Origin: Rhina ancylostomus
Lineage: Eukaryota
Direction of reading: 5' to 3'
Assembly: GCA_030265395.1 (NCBI GenBank)
Contig: JARFYF010000094.1
Span: 65,871,653-65,935,652, forward strand
DNA: 64,000 bases
Positions 39,935-53,592 of this stretch are shown in pieces; within the stretch, counting starts at the first letter, position 1, and every line of letters starts with the position of its first letter. A program made the translations under genes and the position numbers. The notes under the pieces are model-generated. The model had not been told where the DNA came from. It saw only the letters and a program-made list of their open reading frames with translations, and ran no database searches.

Positions 39935-40705
39935 GAGTCATAGTATTATACAACACAGAAACAGGCCTTGGTTATCCCTGCCAACCAAGTTGCCTACCCG
40001 AGCTAGTCCCATTTGCCCGCATTTGATTTATATCCCTCTAAACCTTTTCTATCCATGTACCTGTCTAAATGTCTTTTGAACATTGTAGTTCTACCCACCT
40101 CTACCACTTCCTCTGGCAGCTCATTCCTTCTGTATGAAAAAGTTGCCTCTCAGGTCCTCTTTAAATCTTTCCCCTCTCACCTTAAATCTATGCCCTCTAG
40201 TTTTATACTCCCTTACCCTGGGAAAAAGACTGTGACCTTTCACCTTATCTGTGGCCCTCATGATTTTATATACATCCAGAAGATCACCTTTCAGCATCCT
40301 ACGCTCCAGGAAAAATAGCCCCAGCTTATCCAGTCTCTCCTTATAACTAAGGCCTCCAGTCCTGGTAACATTCTTGTGAATCTTTTCTGCACCCTTTCCT
40401 GACATCATGTAGCTAGGTGACCAGAAATGTACACGAGAATCCAAGTGTGGTCTCACCAATGCCTTGTACAGTTGTAACATGACATCCCAGCTCTTGTACT
40501 CAGTGCCCTGACCAATGAAGGCAAACATGCCAAATGCCTCCTTCACCGCCTTGTTGCCTCTTTCAGGGAACTACGTACTTGTATCTCTAAGTCTCTCTAT
40601 TGTACAACACTCTCTAGGGTCTTGCCTTTTATTGTGTAAATCCTGCCTTTGTTTAACTTCCAAAATGCAACACTTTGCACTTTTCCAAGTTAAATTCTAT
40701 GCCCC
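39935..40705 (-). mobile_element. Relatively young CR1 LINE 3' portion
   Basis: ORF 40121-40546: MLQLYKALVRPHL...FWSP...LSYKERLDKLGLFFLERR.LKGDL..VYKIM...TRGHRFKVRGERFK.DLRGNFF. Confidence 0.92.
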
Positions 40706-42569
40706 ACTTTTCCAGTTGATCTGGAATTTTTTATATAGTTCATATTTCATTTTCTTCCACCACTCAATTGTAATAACTTGCACCATTAAAAATGCAGTTT
40801 CAACTGATGTCTTAAATTTTCTGAGGTGCCTTAAATCCGAACTTCTCAAAATCAGACAAAATGGATTTGTAAAACTAAAAAAACACATGTTAGAATATGC
40901 AAGAGTAAATCTGCAATGAGCAGTTGGCAGTCAAGGTTAACAAAAGAAATCAAAGCAGATTTTAGCTGCTGCTTTAAAGTCTACTTAAACTAAAAACTAA
41001 ATACTGACAACTATTATAACCTAACAAAAACATAAACCTTTCAATAAGAAACATGATTAAATCTAAACACAGCTGAATTTTCTGTGCTTAATGAGTACCC
41101 AACAGTTTTGTTGTCAGAATTCTGAGGAAGAGGTCCATAGGAGTTTCCAGACCGCTCTTAACTGTGTCTTGAGAGGACTAAAATAAGAATCATGCTTTAT
41201 CTCCCATCTTGCATTAGTACCTACAGGAATGTTTTTTTTCTGTTGACAGTAGGATGGTTGTTTATAGAGAATGTTAGGACTTTATGATTCAAAAATTATG
41301 TGGTGACTTGTGCTGGATTGATGCCAAATTATTTGAAATAATGTGTGGCTCTCTATATAGGGATGAACTAACCGGAATGTCATGTTAGCTTATTTGCATA
41401 TTTGTTGGATGATTTCCAGAACAAATACCAGATAACATGGGAATAATGCACTTGGGTAATTGGAAACTCGCAAGCTGCCCTTAAAAGACCAACTTTGGCT
41501 GAAGGTGGCAGTAGCTGTCTGGGGGAACAGCTGGCATGCAGGAAAATATTTGGATCACTGAATTCACTGTCAGGCAGCAACAAGATCTGGCTCATGTCTT
41601 TTCATACACTACTTTTAAAAATGTCTTCCATTGGAGGATTTGGCACAGGTCAATGTCCAAAAATGGGCAAAAGCTATATTCAGTATGAACCAGAAGGAAT
41701 GCTCATTATTATTTGGAAATAATATTGGAAATAATTGGATATTTTTGGAATTTGGAAAAAATATTGGGGAAGCAGGAGATGGGTCTCTTGAACAGTATGA
41801 GCATGGGGAGGACAAGAATGGAGGTGGGAGAGAAATCAATCTCAGTTATAAGTTTAGGGCTATTGTATGGGATATCCTAATGAGAAGTTTTCTTTGTGAT
41901 ATAGATGAAGAAAGGGAACTGGCAGAGACAGATGAATAGATCAGTCTTAATGACAACCTCCTCGAATTCTTCACATTTTTTGGAGGTGGAAGCTGAGGCT
42001 GGAGGGACTAATGAATGTGGCTTTGGTGAAGCCAGGGATTGCCTTTGCATTCCAGAATGATCATGAGAAAGTGAGAATTATGGCAGAGAAGGACAGACCC
42101 TGATAGTAGCCTAAGAAATATACACCTTAAAAGGTGCAATGTACGGTCACTGTGATGTGTCAGTTTGCTTTGGTCATGGGTGTGCCAGAGCAAATTTTAA
42201 TAGGCCTTTCATGTTACTGGACACAATTGCAGGTTTTCTTTTGACTTTTCCAGGAGTTTGTTGGGGCTGGCCAGAAATTAAAGTGCCCATAAGATTTAAC
42301 ATATTGATACCATTGCTTGTCTTACATCAGTTTATCAGTGCCACCCAAGAAAGAATCATCAATTTCCATTTATTGCCTAATTTTCTCAGTGTTGTAAAAG
42401 AAGAAATTTCCACCCAATATACAAAAATGGAAGGTTACTGGAGTGGGTGGTCCAATGAGAAAAATCTCATCATTGGGATATATAAACTTTATGGGGAAAG
42501 GTCTGATTTGGACATGTGAGATGGAGGAGTTAATGACACAATTATGATTAAATTTAAATTAAATTTTAA

Positions 42570-42706
42570 ATTTTATTTACAGCGTGGTAACAGGCCCTTT
42601 CAGCGCAACAAGTCTGCGCCGCCCAATTTAAACCCTTATTAACCTACCCGTATGTCTTTGGAATGTGGGAGGAGACTGGAGCACCAGAGGAAACCCACGC
42701 AGACAC
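42570..42706 (-). mobile_element. V-SINE (HE1-like) fragment
   Basis: tctttggaatgtgggaggagactggagcaccagaggaaacccacgcagacac, the V-domain reverse complement, with a CR1-like tail. Confidence 0.8.
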
Positions 42707-44137
42707 CTGAGAATTAAATACGGGATTAAATAGGTAAATACTTTTATTAAAGGATCTCTATCTTTCATATCCACACAACAAATTACATTCGTTCTTCTGA
42801 CAGAAATTTCTAAAGAGACAATGAAGGTGTAGTACTTGGTGATTTTTCAGAGTATAAGGAACTCAGAAGAGGGGCTGAGGGAGAGTGTGGTCAAGGAGAA
42901 AGATGTGAATAGCTTTAGAACTCAAGGATATATATGACAAAAAAGGATGCTTGAACATTGTATCTCACTGGACAGTCTATTGCCTGTTTTCAAGGATGTG
43001 CAGTTTACAGATATGTAAAGAGTGTACCTTCTTTATACGGAACAAGTGCCAATAACAGCTTTGTCCCAGGAGCATGGACCTTTCATAGAACAAGATCCAG
43101 CAACTATCTTTCATACCACAATCAGATTGTATCCACCTAAGGGAGTCAAAATGTATATACTCTTAGTCATGCTCTGGTGTTTATTGAGATGGCAGCCAGA
43201 CAGAAGTAGGTGCAATTACATGAGACTGACTTAATCAAATACGTAATTAATACGTATGGCAATGAAGTTTGGTGTGTTATAAAGTTCTCCACTGAGTTAA
43301 AGAATCAATCCTTTATTTGCACGTGAGGGAGAAGGGATGTTTTTGATGCAATCTACAAGGGTAGATCACATAAAAAAAGAAAGCTTTACTTAAGGATTGA
43401 ATTCTAATACTCCTTACAGCAGATATGGACTTATTCTGTGTCTGAATCCAAAGGAACAAGTGGCAACTTCCCAAGGTTCAAGCAAGAGGTAAAGGTGAAG
43501 TTCTGAATGATCCTCTCAACGCTAACTGTGGTAATATTTTTGTCATTGCTCTTTTTTTATATTCTTTGTCATGGTAACAGGAGGTATACCTTTCCATCTC
43601 TAAATTCCCTTCCTTAAATAATTTAGGGTGGTCTAGATTCCAAAGGATGCATGCATAATGACAACTTTCCAAATATCTCACAAGAACTTTAATTTTGTGA
43701 GAAGTATTCTGTCTTTTTAAGCCTTTCTGATGCAGGGCTTAATACCAGAACCTCATATTTCCTCTCCAGTCAAAAGGCTGTTGAATCTACACACATAAAA
43801 ACAATTCAAAATTGCATCTCCCAACTGCATGTCACAATTTTCAGGCTCAGAAATCATAGTCATAGCGTCATACAGCACCGAAACAGACCCTTTGGCTCAC
43901 CATGTCTATACTGCCCTTGCACTTCTCTACAGTAATCCCGTTTACCCGCATCGATTTGTGCTTCACCCTTCTGTGTTCGCACCCTTTTCATATTGCCTGG
44001 TCTACTTCCCACTCTCCCTGCTTCACCCTGCAGCCGATTGCTATTGTGTATTCTTCACTTAGTTACCCCTTCGCTCTGTCCATCCCCGCTCCTGGTTCAC
44101 CCTACACAGTCTGCTAGACCACCCCCCTTCAAGTACG

Positions 44138-44299
44138 CTTGAGCTCCACCATGCCATCTTTCTTCCATGTCTTCTTGAGCTCTACCCTGCCATCTTCCTT
44201 CCATGTCCTCTTGAGCTCTACCCTGTCATCTTCCTTCCAGGTCCACTTGAGCTCCACTCTGCCATCTTCCTTTCAGGTCCACTTGAGCTCCACCCTGCT
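44138..44299. repeat. 36-bp minisatellite, about 4.5 copies
   Basis: GAGCTC recurs at 44141, 44177, 44213, 44249 and 44285; unit ~cttgagctcyaccctgccatcttccttccakgtcca. Confidence 0.95.
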
Positions 44300-45439
44300 G
44301 AAGCTGCACCCAGTTTGCCATTTCCACTTGGATCATCCTGATGCCTCTGTGCTTTCCCTTGTTGCCTGCTGAGTTCACCCTCACTTCGCTCTGTCTTCTC
44401 AGACTTCACCCTGCCTGCTGCACTAGCTCATCACCTCTTCACTTTCTGCAGTCCACTTCCAGTCATCCTGCTCTCCCTGCGGCCAATTACTGTTGTGCGT
44501 TCATTACTTAGTTGCCCCTTCGCTCTGTTTATTTCTATTCCAGATTCACCATACATGGTCCACTAGGCCACCAACCTTTCAGGTCCCTCATTTTAACCAT
44601 TCTCAGCTGATGAGACGTTTTTTAAACTCAAAGTTGGTTTCCATATTCAATTACTCAACTCTTCAGGTACTTAGTAAATGTCTTGTGAGATAACTGAAAC
44701 TTTCATTTTGAAGTATAGTATTGTTGTAATATATTCTAAATGGTCTTACTAGCTTTCCATTTTACCTTCATATTTATCTTAGAGCTCAAAAACAAGTACA
44801 GTCCTCATTATGAACACTGAAAATGCTGAAAGGACTAACCAGTATTCACGTTTTGCAGAAGGTTCTGAATATAAATTTTGCATTTAAGTGTAAAATAGAA
44901 AATGCTGTAGATACTCATAATTTCATAAATACAGTAGTTATTTTACAGATTTGGAAGTTTGCATCAATTTGGAGCCCATATATTGTCACATAATATTCCC
45001 CTAATAAATGAGCTACTAAGATAAATATATGATTTATTAGATTGGAAGACGGCACAGGTGCTATAAATCAACCACTCCCATCAGTCATAGTGGCAATCAG
45101 AATCAATACATGATTCATGAAGGATCAACATATAATAAAAAATCTGGGAATAAACTTAGAGGAATACATTACTCCAGTTTGTGAGGTTATGCTCTCAAGG
45201 AAGGCCATTTGGAGATGGTGTCACAGAATTGTAGCTTCGATTTTTTGAAATGCAATATCCAACCTCAATTTTTAATTGGGAATGCCCAGACATAGAATTG
45301 ACACTTAGAATTCTTACATGAAGCTATATTTATAGCATTTTTCTTTCATATTGGCATGCTTTGCAGTGATTTGTAATAGCAGAGTAAATTTTAAAATAAG
45401 GATATCTAGGTGACAAGTAACAATACAAGGCAGCTTAAA

Positions 45440-46685
45440 ACTCATAGAGTCATTCAACACAAAATCAGGCTCTTCAGCCCACCATGTCCATGTGGATATC
45501 AAGTTCCCAACCATATTATTCCCATTTTCCAGTACTTGTTCCATACCCTTCTATGCCTTGGTGATTGAAGTGCTTGTCCAAATACTTCTTAAATGTTGTA
45601 AGAGTACCTGCCTCCACCACCCTCTCAGGCAATACATTTCTGATTCTAGTTATGCTCCGGGTGAAAAAATTCTTCCTCTGAACATCTTTTCCCTCACTCT
45701 TAACCTATCCCTTCTGATCTTGGACTACTCTACTATAGTGAAGAGCTTCCTACTATCCACGCTATCTATGCCCCTCATAATTTTCTATACCTCTGTCAAA
45801 CTCAGTCTATCCAGTCTCTCCACACAACTGAAACATCCTACCCCAGGCAACATCTTGGTAACTCTTCTCTGTACTCTTTCCAATGCAGTCTTGTTCTTCT
45901 ATATAGTGTGGTGACCAGAACTGCGCACAATACTCCAACAATATTCCTAAACAAAATTCTGCAACATTGTGTCATGATTTCAGTGTTCTCATAATCTATG
46001 ATCTGGCTAATTAACACAGGCATCCTATATACCTTCTTCACCATCTTAACTAGCTGAGTTGTGATCTTTAGGGATCAATGAACTTGTATGCCAAGGTCCA
46101 ATTTCCCTCAGTATTCCCTAGGGCCTGACCATTTATTGTGTATGTCCTACCTTTAATAAAACCTCCCAAAATACATCACCTCTCACTTATCAGGATAAAA
46201 TTTCATCTGCCATTTCTCCACCCAGGTTACTCACTTATCAAGCAAAGCAAATAAAACTGCAGATGCAGAAATCTGGAGGAAATCAGCTAGCTAAGCAGCA
46301 TCTGTCAAAGAGAAACCAGTCAACATTTTGGATGTGTTCAGAGCAAGGGTCACTGCCTTGAAACATTTACTGGTTTGTCTTTCCACAGTTGCTGCTTGAC
46401 TAGTTGAGTTCTTTCAGCATTTCTATTTTTGTTACTAGCTGAGCAACATTGTTCTGTAGCCTAAGTCTTCCCTTCTCACCAGTCCCTGTGGTACACCACT
46501 AGTCTCAGGCTTCCAATCACAAAAGAAATCCTCCAATATTACCCTCTGTCTCATATTGCATGCCAGCTTTGGATCCAATTTGCCTTGGGTCCCATGTACT
46601 CTAACCTTTTGGATCAGCCTTACACGTAGGACCTTGTCAAAGGCCTCACTGAAGTCTATGTAGACTGCATCAACTACATTGCCTT
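45440..46685 (-). mobile_element. CR1 LINE (RT to 3' tail) interrupted at 46242-46430
   Basis: catagagtcattcaacac tail; ggtgaccagaactgcgcacaatactcca (EYCAQFWSP); accttgtcaaaggcc...gaagtc (DF..AFDKV). Confidence 0.85.
46242..46430. mobile_element. Fold-back Penelope-terminus element inserted in CR1
   Basis: Arms gcagcatctgtcaaagagaaaccagtcaacatttt and gaaacatttactggtttgtctttccacagttgctgc; the host CR1 resumes on both sides. Confidence 0.7.
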
Positions 46686-49454
46686 AAAAGTGGTTCAGAA
46701 GTGATGCAGAACATCACAAGCAAATGCAGTTAATGTCTGTCAATTAGATAATCACTATAAGATATTGCATACACCAAACCATTAGCAGAGGATAAGGTAC
46801 TGCTCCCCATACCATTCAGGTAATCAGATGGGTCCAAAAATTATTGCACCTTGTTATGAAGGAAATAATTAATCAGTTTATAGATGGGGTAGCTGAGAGA
46901 GATTAGCAAACATTTTGAGCAGCTCTTATTTACTGTTTCTTTCTTGAAAATGCAAGTGCCAAACATCTCTTTGAAAACTTCCTGAGGCAAACAAAGCAGG
47001 CAACAGATGCATATAATTAATAATCTTCAATCATTAGAACAGAAATATTATTCATACTTCTGACACTGCATATTTAGTGATTCATATGACACAACTTTCA
47101 TCTAAATATTGTTAAGAAAAGTCTATCGTATCTGCAAAGAAATAAATTAATTATTCCACATCAATCCAAGCTTTATGTTATGTTTGAGCAAAGAGATTGC
47201 ATTAATATTGAAAATAGAGAACCATGCATATAGATTTATTAGACCTCCCATACTTGTAATATGCTTTAGCTTTCATTTTTATCATTGGAGAATATTGCAT
47301 CATTATCTCATGAGAGCTGCAGGGTATCTAAACTTTTGTCAGATTATCTTCCACAGGTGAGTATCATTGTGTCTTGTAGGCCTCATGTAAAATTTAAATT
47401 GATGTCGCCATAAAATTATTGAAGTTACATATAACAGAAAGTCATTAGTTCTTTGATTAAGGATGTATCACCAATGAGCCATCAGTTAAACACAGTTCCA
47501 TCCAAACTCCCAGGCTCACAAAAAACAGATTCTCTGGCAAATAATATATTTAGTTAGAATTGAGTATTGAAGGCTGCAGGATGAGGGGACTTTATCAGAT
47601 TTTCTTGCCCTCTTTGTTCCTCAGAGTTGCACTCTCCATTGCTGATGTGATACACTGAGAATTCTTTTTATTTTTTGTGTTTAATAAAGTGACTAATTAG
47701 TCAGTATTTTTTGTCTCTGCAAAGTTTCAAAAATATGTCTGAATATTCAAACTATTTCCATTTAGAGTTTATGAAAGAATAGAAAACAGAATTATCTAAA
47801 CAATTATGTTTCAAACACAACCTGCATTAGAACATCTGTGCTGAAACCATTTCTCATCATCATAATGTCAAAAGTTAATAAATGAAGCATGTTGGTGAAA
47901 TACAGGAAATTTAGCAAATTTGAAACTCAAGAGGCATGGCTGAGGGAATACAATATAGTCTAAGGGACAGAAAGCAGAGAATCATGGTTGATTCTAGCTC
48001 TTAGAATGTAGGGGTGTCCCAATGGAACACTATTTATTGATACATATTAATCAGCTGAACCTGGATCACCCAGAATATAGTCATCATAATTTGCATATCC
48101 TGTCAGTGAATATCTCAAGGTTTTAAGTGGAAACATTCATTATTCAGGAGTGATTAACTTTACAGGTTTTTCATCTGAAAAACAATTATTATCAGCTTGT
48201 AATAAAAACATATAACCATGTAGTCCAGAAACATAATCATTGGTTTCTTACAACTGGTGTTTCAGGTACCTTTTCTGAGTAATTCAGGAAGTTTAAATAA
48301 ATCCTACAAAACAAAGCAGTGAGTAACATAGAGACTATTTTCAACTCCATGGTTTTAAGACGTGTGTTTGTGTTCCATTCTGCCTGTATGAAGTTATTTC
48401 CTGGGCTGCGAATATTTGATATTCCATGAAAGCATTGACACAAACAGATAATGTCATAAACATTACCCTGAGCTTTAAAATAGTTTCACAATCAACCAGA
48501 TGAAAACTCATTGCTTAAGTATATTTCAAGAACTTGTGGTTTTGTTTATCAGTAAAGGAATGCTTTCATTACTAGCATAGCAACATCAATACCAGTTAAT
48601 TCCATCAGTTTAGATCCACCTATTATGCTTTTGTCTATCTCTGCTGTTAAAGAAATTTAAAGTAGAGTCATTAGTTGTTTGTCAGTCTCAAGCAGCCTCT
48701 GCTCTTATGTTCCTTTCTACACAATGAAAACAAAGATATTTAATTGAAATGGCAGAACCTGTCTAAAAATAGAAATTAATTAGCAACCCACTGATTATTC
48801 TGACAAAATTTGGCTGCTAATTACAGTTTTGACAGAAGGAGGAAGATATCACTCAGAGGGTCAGCTGTACAGTAATTATTTAATAGCTCCTCACAAAAAA
48901 ATGCCAGTAAGATGTTAAATACAGAGAACAATATTTTACATTTTATAAGTGAATCTCTGAGAATTCAGACCTTTTACAAACTTTACTAATTGGAACTTTC
49001 AGAAGGGTGGCACTGGATGAAAACTGCTGCTTTTGTAACCTGAAGTTTGATTCTCATTTATGTTCCTGGCAGCTTTGGCACAAACTCACATGAGAAAATT
49101 AGAAACACCCAGAGTTTGAATTGAACTCTCTATATGTAACTGCTGCTGTTATTTCCATCAATAGAATAAATAGGTATTTCCTTTATTAATCAGATATTTC
49201 TTCTGAATCCTGCACGAATAAACCAGATCATTCGAGATTCTGTTCATTCCCTAAGCTTGCCTCCTACAGTGCCCATCTGCCGGCACTAACCTGCTACAGA
49301 TACAGGGGACAGGCCAAACTGACTGTCCAAACCTGAGAAATGTCTCTAGATGTAGAGAGGGCATGAGCAGTGATTAGGCCTCAGATGGTGAATTGTGCAG
49401 CTTTGCTGCAGAACACTATGACAGCCTATTGGCTGCTTGCACCATTCTATCGCA

Positions 49455-49725
49455 CTGTGGTAAGACTATTGAACAGTTCCCTTATACGATGAGATGGATT
49501 CTGACCTCATGTTGTGACCTTGCACTTTATTGCACTGCACTTTCTCTGTAGCTGTGACACTTCACTCTGTACTGCTATTATTTTTACCTGTACTACCTCA
49601 ATGGACTCTGTACTAACTCAATGTAATTGCACTATGTAATGAATTGATCTGTACAATTGGTATGCAAGACAAGTTTTTCACTGTACCTCGGTACAAGTGA
49701 CAATAATAAACCAATAACAATACCT
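49455..49725 (+). mobile_element. Rex1-like LINE 3' UTR/tail fragment
   Basis: Near-identical to 51785-51928; ends caagtgacaataataaaccaata. Confidence 0.7.
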
Positions 49726-50717
49726 TTTAACTCTTTTTAAATGTCTCAGATAGTTAATCATTTAAAAATTGTTCCCAATAAAATTTAAAGCAATAAAAAA
49801 TATTACAAGAATAAAATATAAAAAAGCAAATTCACAGGGTGGAAATTAATTAAATATATAGATAAAGGGAAATTACAAACGAAGGAAAAATTATACCTGC
49901 ATTTATTTATTTACTCAGGGTCACCAACCCCATTCAAATAAATCGGATGGTGCTTTTTATGCTACGTATCCCTGGTGTAAAGCTGCTGAATTCAAAGTGC
50001 ATCTGGCTCCTCTGCTTGGCATATCTGTGTTCTGTTGCTGGACTCGGTTGCAACTCTAGCAACAGAGCAGGGAGTAAGATTCCAAGGTACAGATGTCAAG
50101 GTGAGGTGAAAAGTGAGCAGAAGGCACTCTAGTTCTCTATAGAACCACCAGTTAAAGCTGAGTACAATCCAAACCAATGACTAATTTCTACAAATACAGA
50201 GTTTAAATGGCTTTATGAACAAAGATGTAACTTCAAAAATTGGAGAATTTTAAATGTTTAGTTGATTACTCTTCCTGGACTCTTCACCACAATCTATTTA
50301 TTCTCATAATGACAACCACCATCAAAACATTTCCAAATATTGTTCTGCAGTTTTGTTAAGTGCTGTATGAAAAAACATAAGTTATCTCAGCCTTCACTTT
50401 TCACATTTTTTCCTATGGCAAAGCATTGTGCCTCATTCAGACCTCTCAGCTGAAATCAGGTCTCACCATCTGGATCTAAACATGTGCTGTGCCAGTATGC
50501 GATGTAGCAGTTTGACACAATGAAGTGGGATGCCACTGAGCTGATGTTTTTCCTTTCACATTCATTCAGGCCTGAAATTATATTTTAATGTTTCGATCTT
50601 AAGTGTTTGTTGAATCAAGATTTATACGCAACATCATGTGATTCTGAAATACACATAAAATTATTATTGATTAATGTATCTCAAGTTAGCAGATTGTTAT
50701 GATCATATCTGAGAATA

Positions 50718-51013
50718 TAAGATAAGAAACCTTTATTAGTCACATGTGCATTGAAACGCACAGTGAAATGCACCTTTTGCGTAGACTGTTTTGGGGGCAG
50801 CCCGCAAGTGTCGCCATGCTTCCAACACCAACATAGCATGCCCACAACTTCCTAACCCGTACATCTTTGGAATATGGTAGGAAACCGGAGCACCCGGAGG
50901 AAATCCATGCAGATATAGGGAGATCGTACAAACTCCTTACAGACAGTGGCTAGAATTGAAGCCTGGTTACTGGTGCTGTAATGCATCACGCTAACCGCTA
51001 CACAACCGTGCCA
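50718..51013 (-). mobile_element. Near full-length tRNA-derived V-SINE
   Basis: Minus strand starts ggcacggttgtgtagcggttagcgtg (A box), has a B-box-like ggcttcaattct, and the V domain ggaaaccggagcacccggaggaaatcc. Confidence 0.85.
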
Positions 51014-51784
51014 CAATTTTATGTCTAAAAATCCTTTTATTTTCTTGCACTTTAAGATATAGATGAAATCTTTTAAATTTTACACAAGATTTGCCAGTGC
51101 ACACCTCATCATTGCTATCACCTGCATCTGTCCTCTAGTATCTTCTGTACTTCTGCATTGTGGCACACAGGCATGGAAACCAGGAATGCACTGACACATA
51201 CACTGCAGTTAGCCAGTGGTTCCAGCTAGCCATCAGAATGATATGGTGTGACGATATCACAATTTGAAAAGGCATGGTTTGATTGTACCATCACTTTAGC
51301 CAGATTTCTCCAACCACATATCTAACCCCACCTGAAGTTGCTTTAACACTTGAACATGAATAATAGGGAGAAGAGTTGCCTCATGATTACTCTGACAGTA
51401 AATAGTAGCCCATTGTCTCAACTGAAAGGAGCAGAAGTTACACAAAGCTCAATTGATAGTAAATTAATGTATTTAAATATGATACCTGGTATGATAGCAT
51501 AATGATAAATTCACCAGACTGGTATCAGATGACCTAGAATGTTGAAATGCTGTAATAGGTTCAAATTCCACTTTGCTAGCTGGGGCATTTAAAGTCAAAT
51601 AATTAACTAGATGAAAAACTAGTAAAAGTAATCTACCTGATTGTTCTAAAACTTATTTGGTGCACCACTGTGCTTCATGAAGAAAATCTGCTGTCCTTAG
51701 CTGGTTTGGTTTGTGATTCTGAACCGGCAAAAGTGGTGGACTCTTAACTGCTTTCGAAGCTGGAAAACAAGTAGGAATATATCC

Positions 51785-51928
51785 TGTACTGTTATTGTTT
51801 TTACCTCTACTACCTCAATGCCCTCTGTACTAACTCAATGTAACTGCACTGTGTAGTGAATTGACCTGTACGATCGGTATGCAAGACAAGTTTTTCACTG
51901 TACCTCAGCACAAGTGACAATAATAAAC
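51785..51928 (+). mobile_element. Rex1-like 3' tail fragment, second copy
   Basis: Direct match to 49568-49710. Confidence 0.7.
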
Positions 51929-53024
51929 ATCATTAATTATTTACCACTTTTATCAAGTCACATTTTAAAGTGAGTTTACCTGCGGAAGTTTGAAACAATT
52001 GCTTAAAACTTAACGATATGTCAAAAGGCTTTGGTCAATACAAAATATCATGCTTTTTGTCATGAGAACATTGATCTGATTCAATGCAGAAGGAATATAT
52101 GAAATGAACGTGTATGAGACAAAATGTAAAAAGGTCCTAATGGATATCTTAAAACTATTAGAAATCAATTTAGGTTAAAGAGGCTAATCAAAACCTAGAT
52201 ATCGATTTTATCTCATATAACATGATTTAACCATAAGGGACTATATATACTGATGTGTATTTTGTTATATTTCCATTATGATATGGCATAATAAAGGAAG
52301 AATATATCAAGATGTTCATGTTTTATTTCTATATCAGAATTGTAATTCTAATCAGGAACACGCTCTGATACTACAACATCTTAACTACTACTTCTGTCGC
52401 CAAAGTTTAAATCTACTTCAGAAAATACATGTATATGTAAAAGTACATGAAAAAATTAAATGCCAAAGTGCATGTAAAAATTAAAGAACACCATTTAATG
52501 AAAATGGAATAATAATTTATTTTATCAGCAGAAAACTTCAGCCTGAATGTTATGCATTGCATGGTATAATATTTACATTCTTATAAACAACATATCTTTT
52601 GCTTCAACATTAATTATGTTACAGAAGATCTTAAAAACTCAGGGATGGTGTGTTCCAAGCATTTTCTGTTCTTTGTACTTTGATACTATAGTTCAAGAGC
52701 CATACTCAAGTTTCTGTGTCACACTTCAAAAGTTCAAATGAAGCAATGTTGTTAGAAGGATGGGGTTTAGCTTCCAGGTGCAATTTGGTTTAGGTAATAA
52801 TGGGGTGATTGCTGACTTTGGCAGCACCAGAGGAGAATTTCAGTAAAGGGCCCTGATTTGATAGTATAAATGTGGAGAAACTGATGTTTGCCCAGACACT
52901 GCTGTAAATGAAGAAACTGTTTTTTGGTAGAATAAGGGATAGAAGACAAGGTTTAGATCATTAACCTATTTTTATATTGCCAGTAAAGGAAGGGAGAATG
53001 ATGGTGGTATGGTGATAGTGAGGG

Positions 53025-53185
53025 TGGGACAGTGACACAGCAATTAGTGTTGCTGCCTCGCAGCTCCAAGGACCCACATTCAACCCAAACCTCAGTTGCT
53101 GTTGAGAGGACTATGCACGTTCTCTCTGTGACTGTGTAGGTTTCCCTCTGCTCCAGTTTCTTAAAGATGTACTGGTACGTTAATT
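53025..53185 (+). mobile_element. V-SINE 5' fragment
   Basis: acagtgacacagcaattagtgttgctgcctcgcagctcc...gcacgttctctctgtgactgtgtaggtttcc. Confidence 0.7.
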
Positions 53186-53592
53186 CCTCTGCTAGCTGGA
53201 GGTGGAACCTCCTTGCCTTTACATTGACAAGCAGCCCTTTCCCAACCTCCCATCATTCAGCAATCAAACTATGCTGAGATTTTTCTAGTGCAACTTGACA
53301 GCTGAATGATGAGCGATCTCCAGCTGAGTCAGACCCTGGCCTTCCCTAGGACCTTTGGCTCAATCTGGAACACTTGGTGTTGGGGAGATGGATTTGGTTA
53401 ACTTTGCTTATAGTCCAAAATACCAGCTAACAAGGCAGCGAGTGAAGCCAGATGGCTCTAATTTTTAGATTAACAATATACATTCTTTTAATATGTTTCA
53501 AACTCACACTTTCTCCTGAATGGTTGACATGGAAACACTTCCGAATTTTCTCAGCCACGTCCCTTTTTTCAGTTGGATGGGAGAGTAAGGAG

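Noticed and set aside
44138-44299. 36-bp repeats as a CRISPR array or a repetitive protein
   Set aside because: Units are head-to-tail with no unique spacers, the context is eukaryotic, and there is no splice or coding support.
49268-49287. CTCF-like site / short palindrome agtgcc...ggcact
   Set aside because: Imperfect match in isolation; insufficient support.
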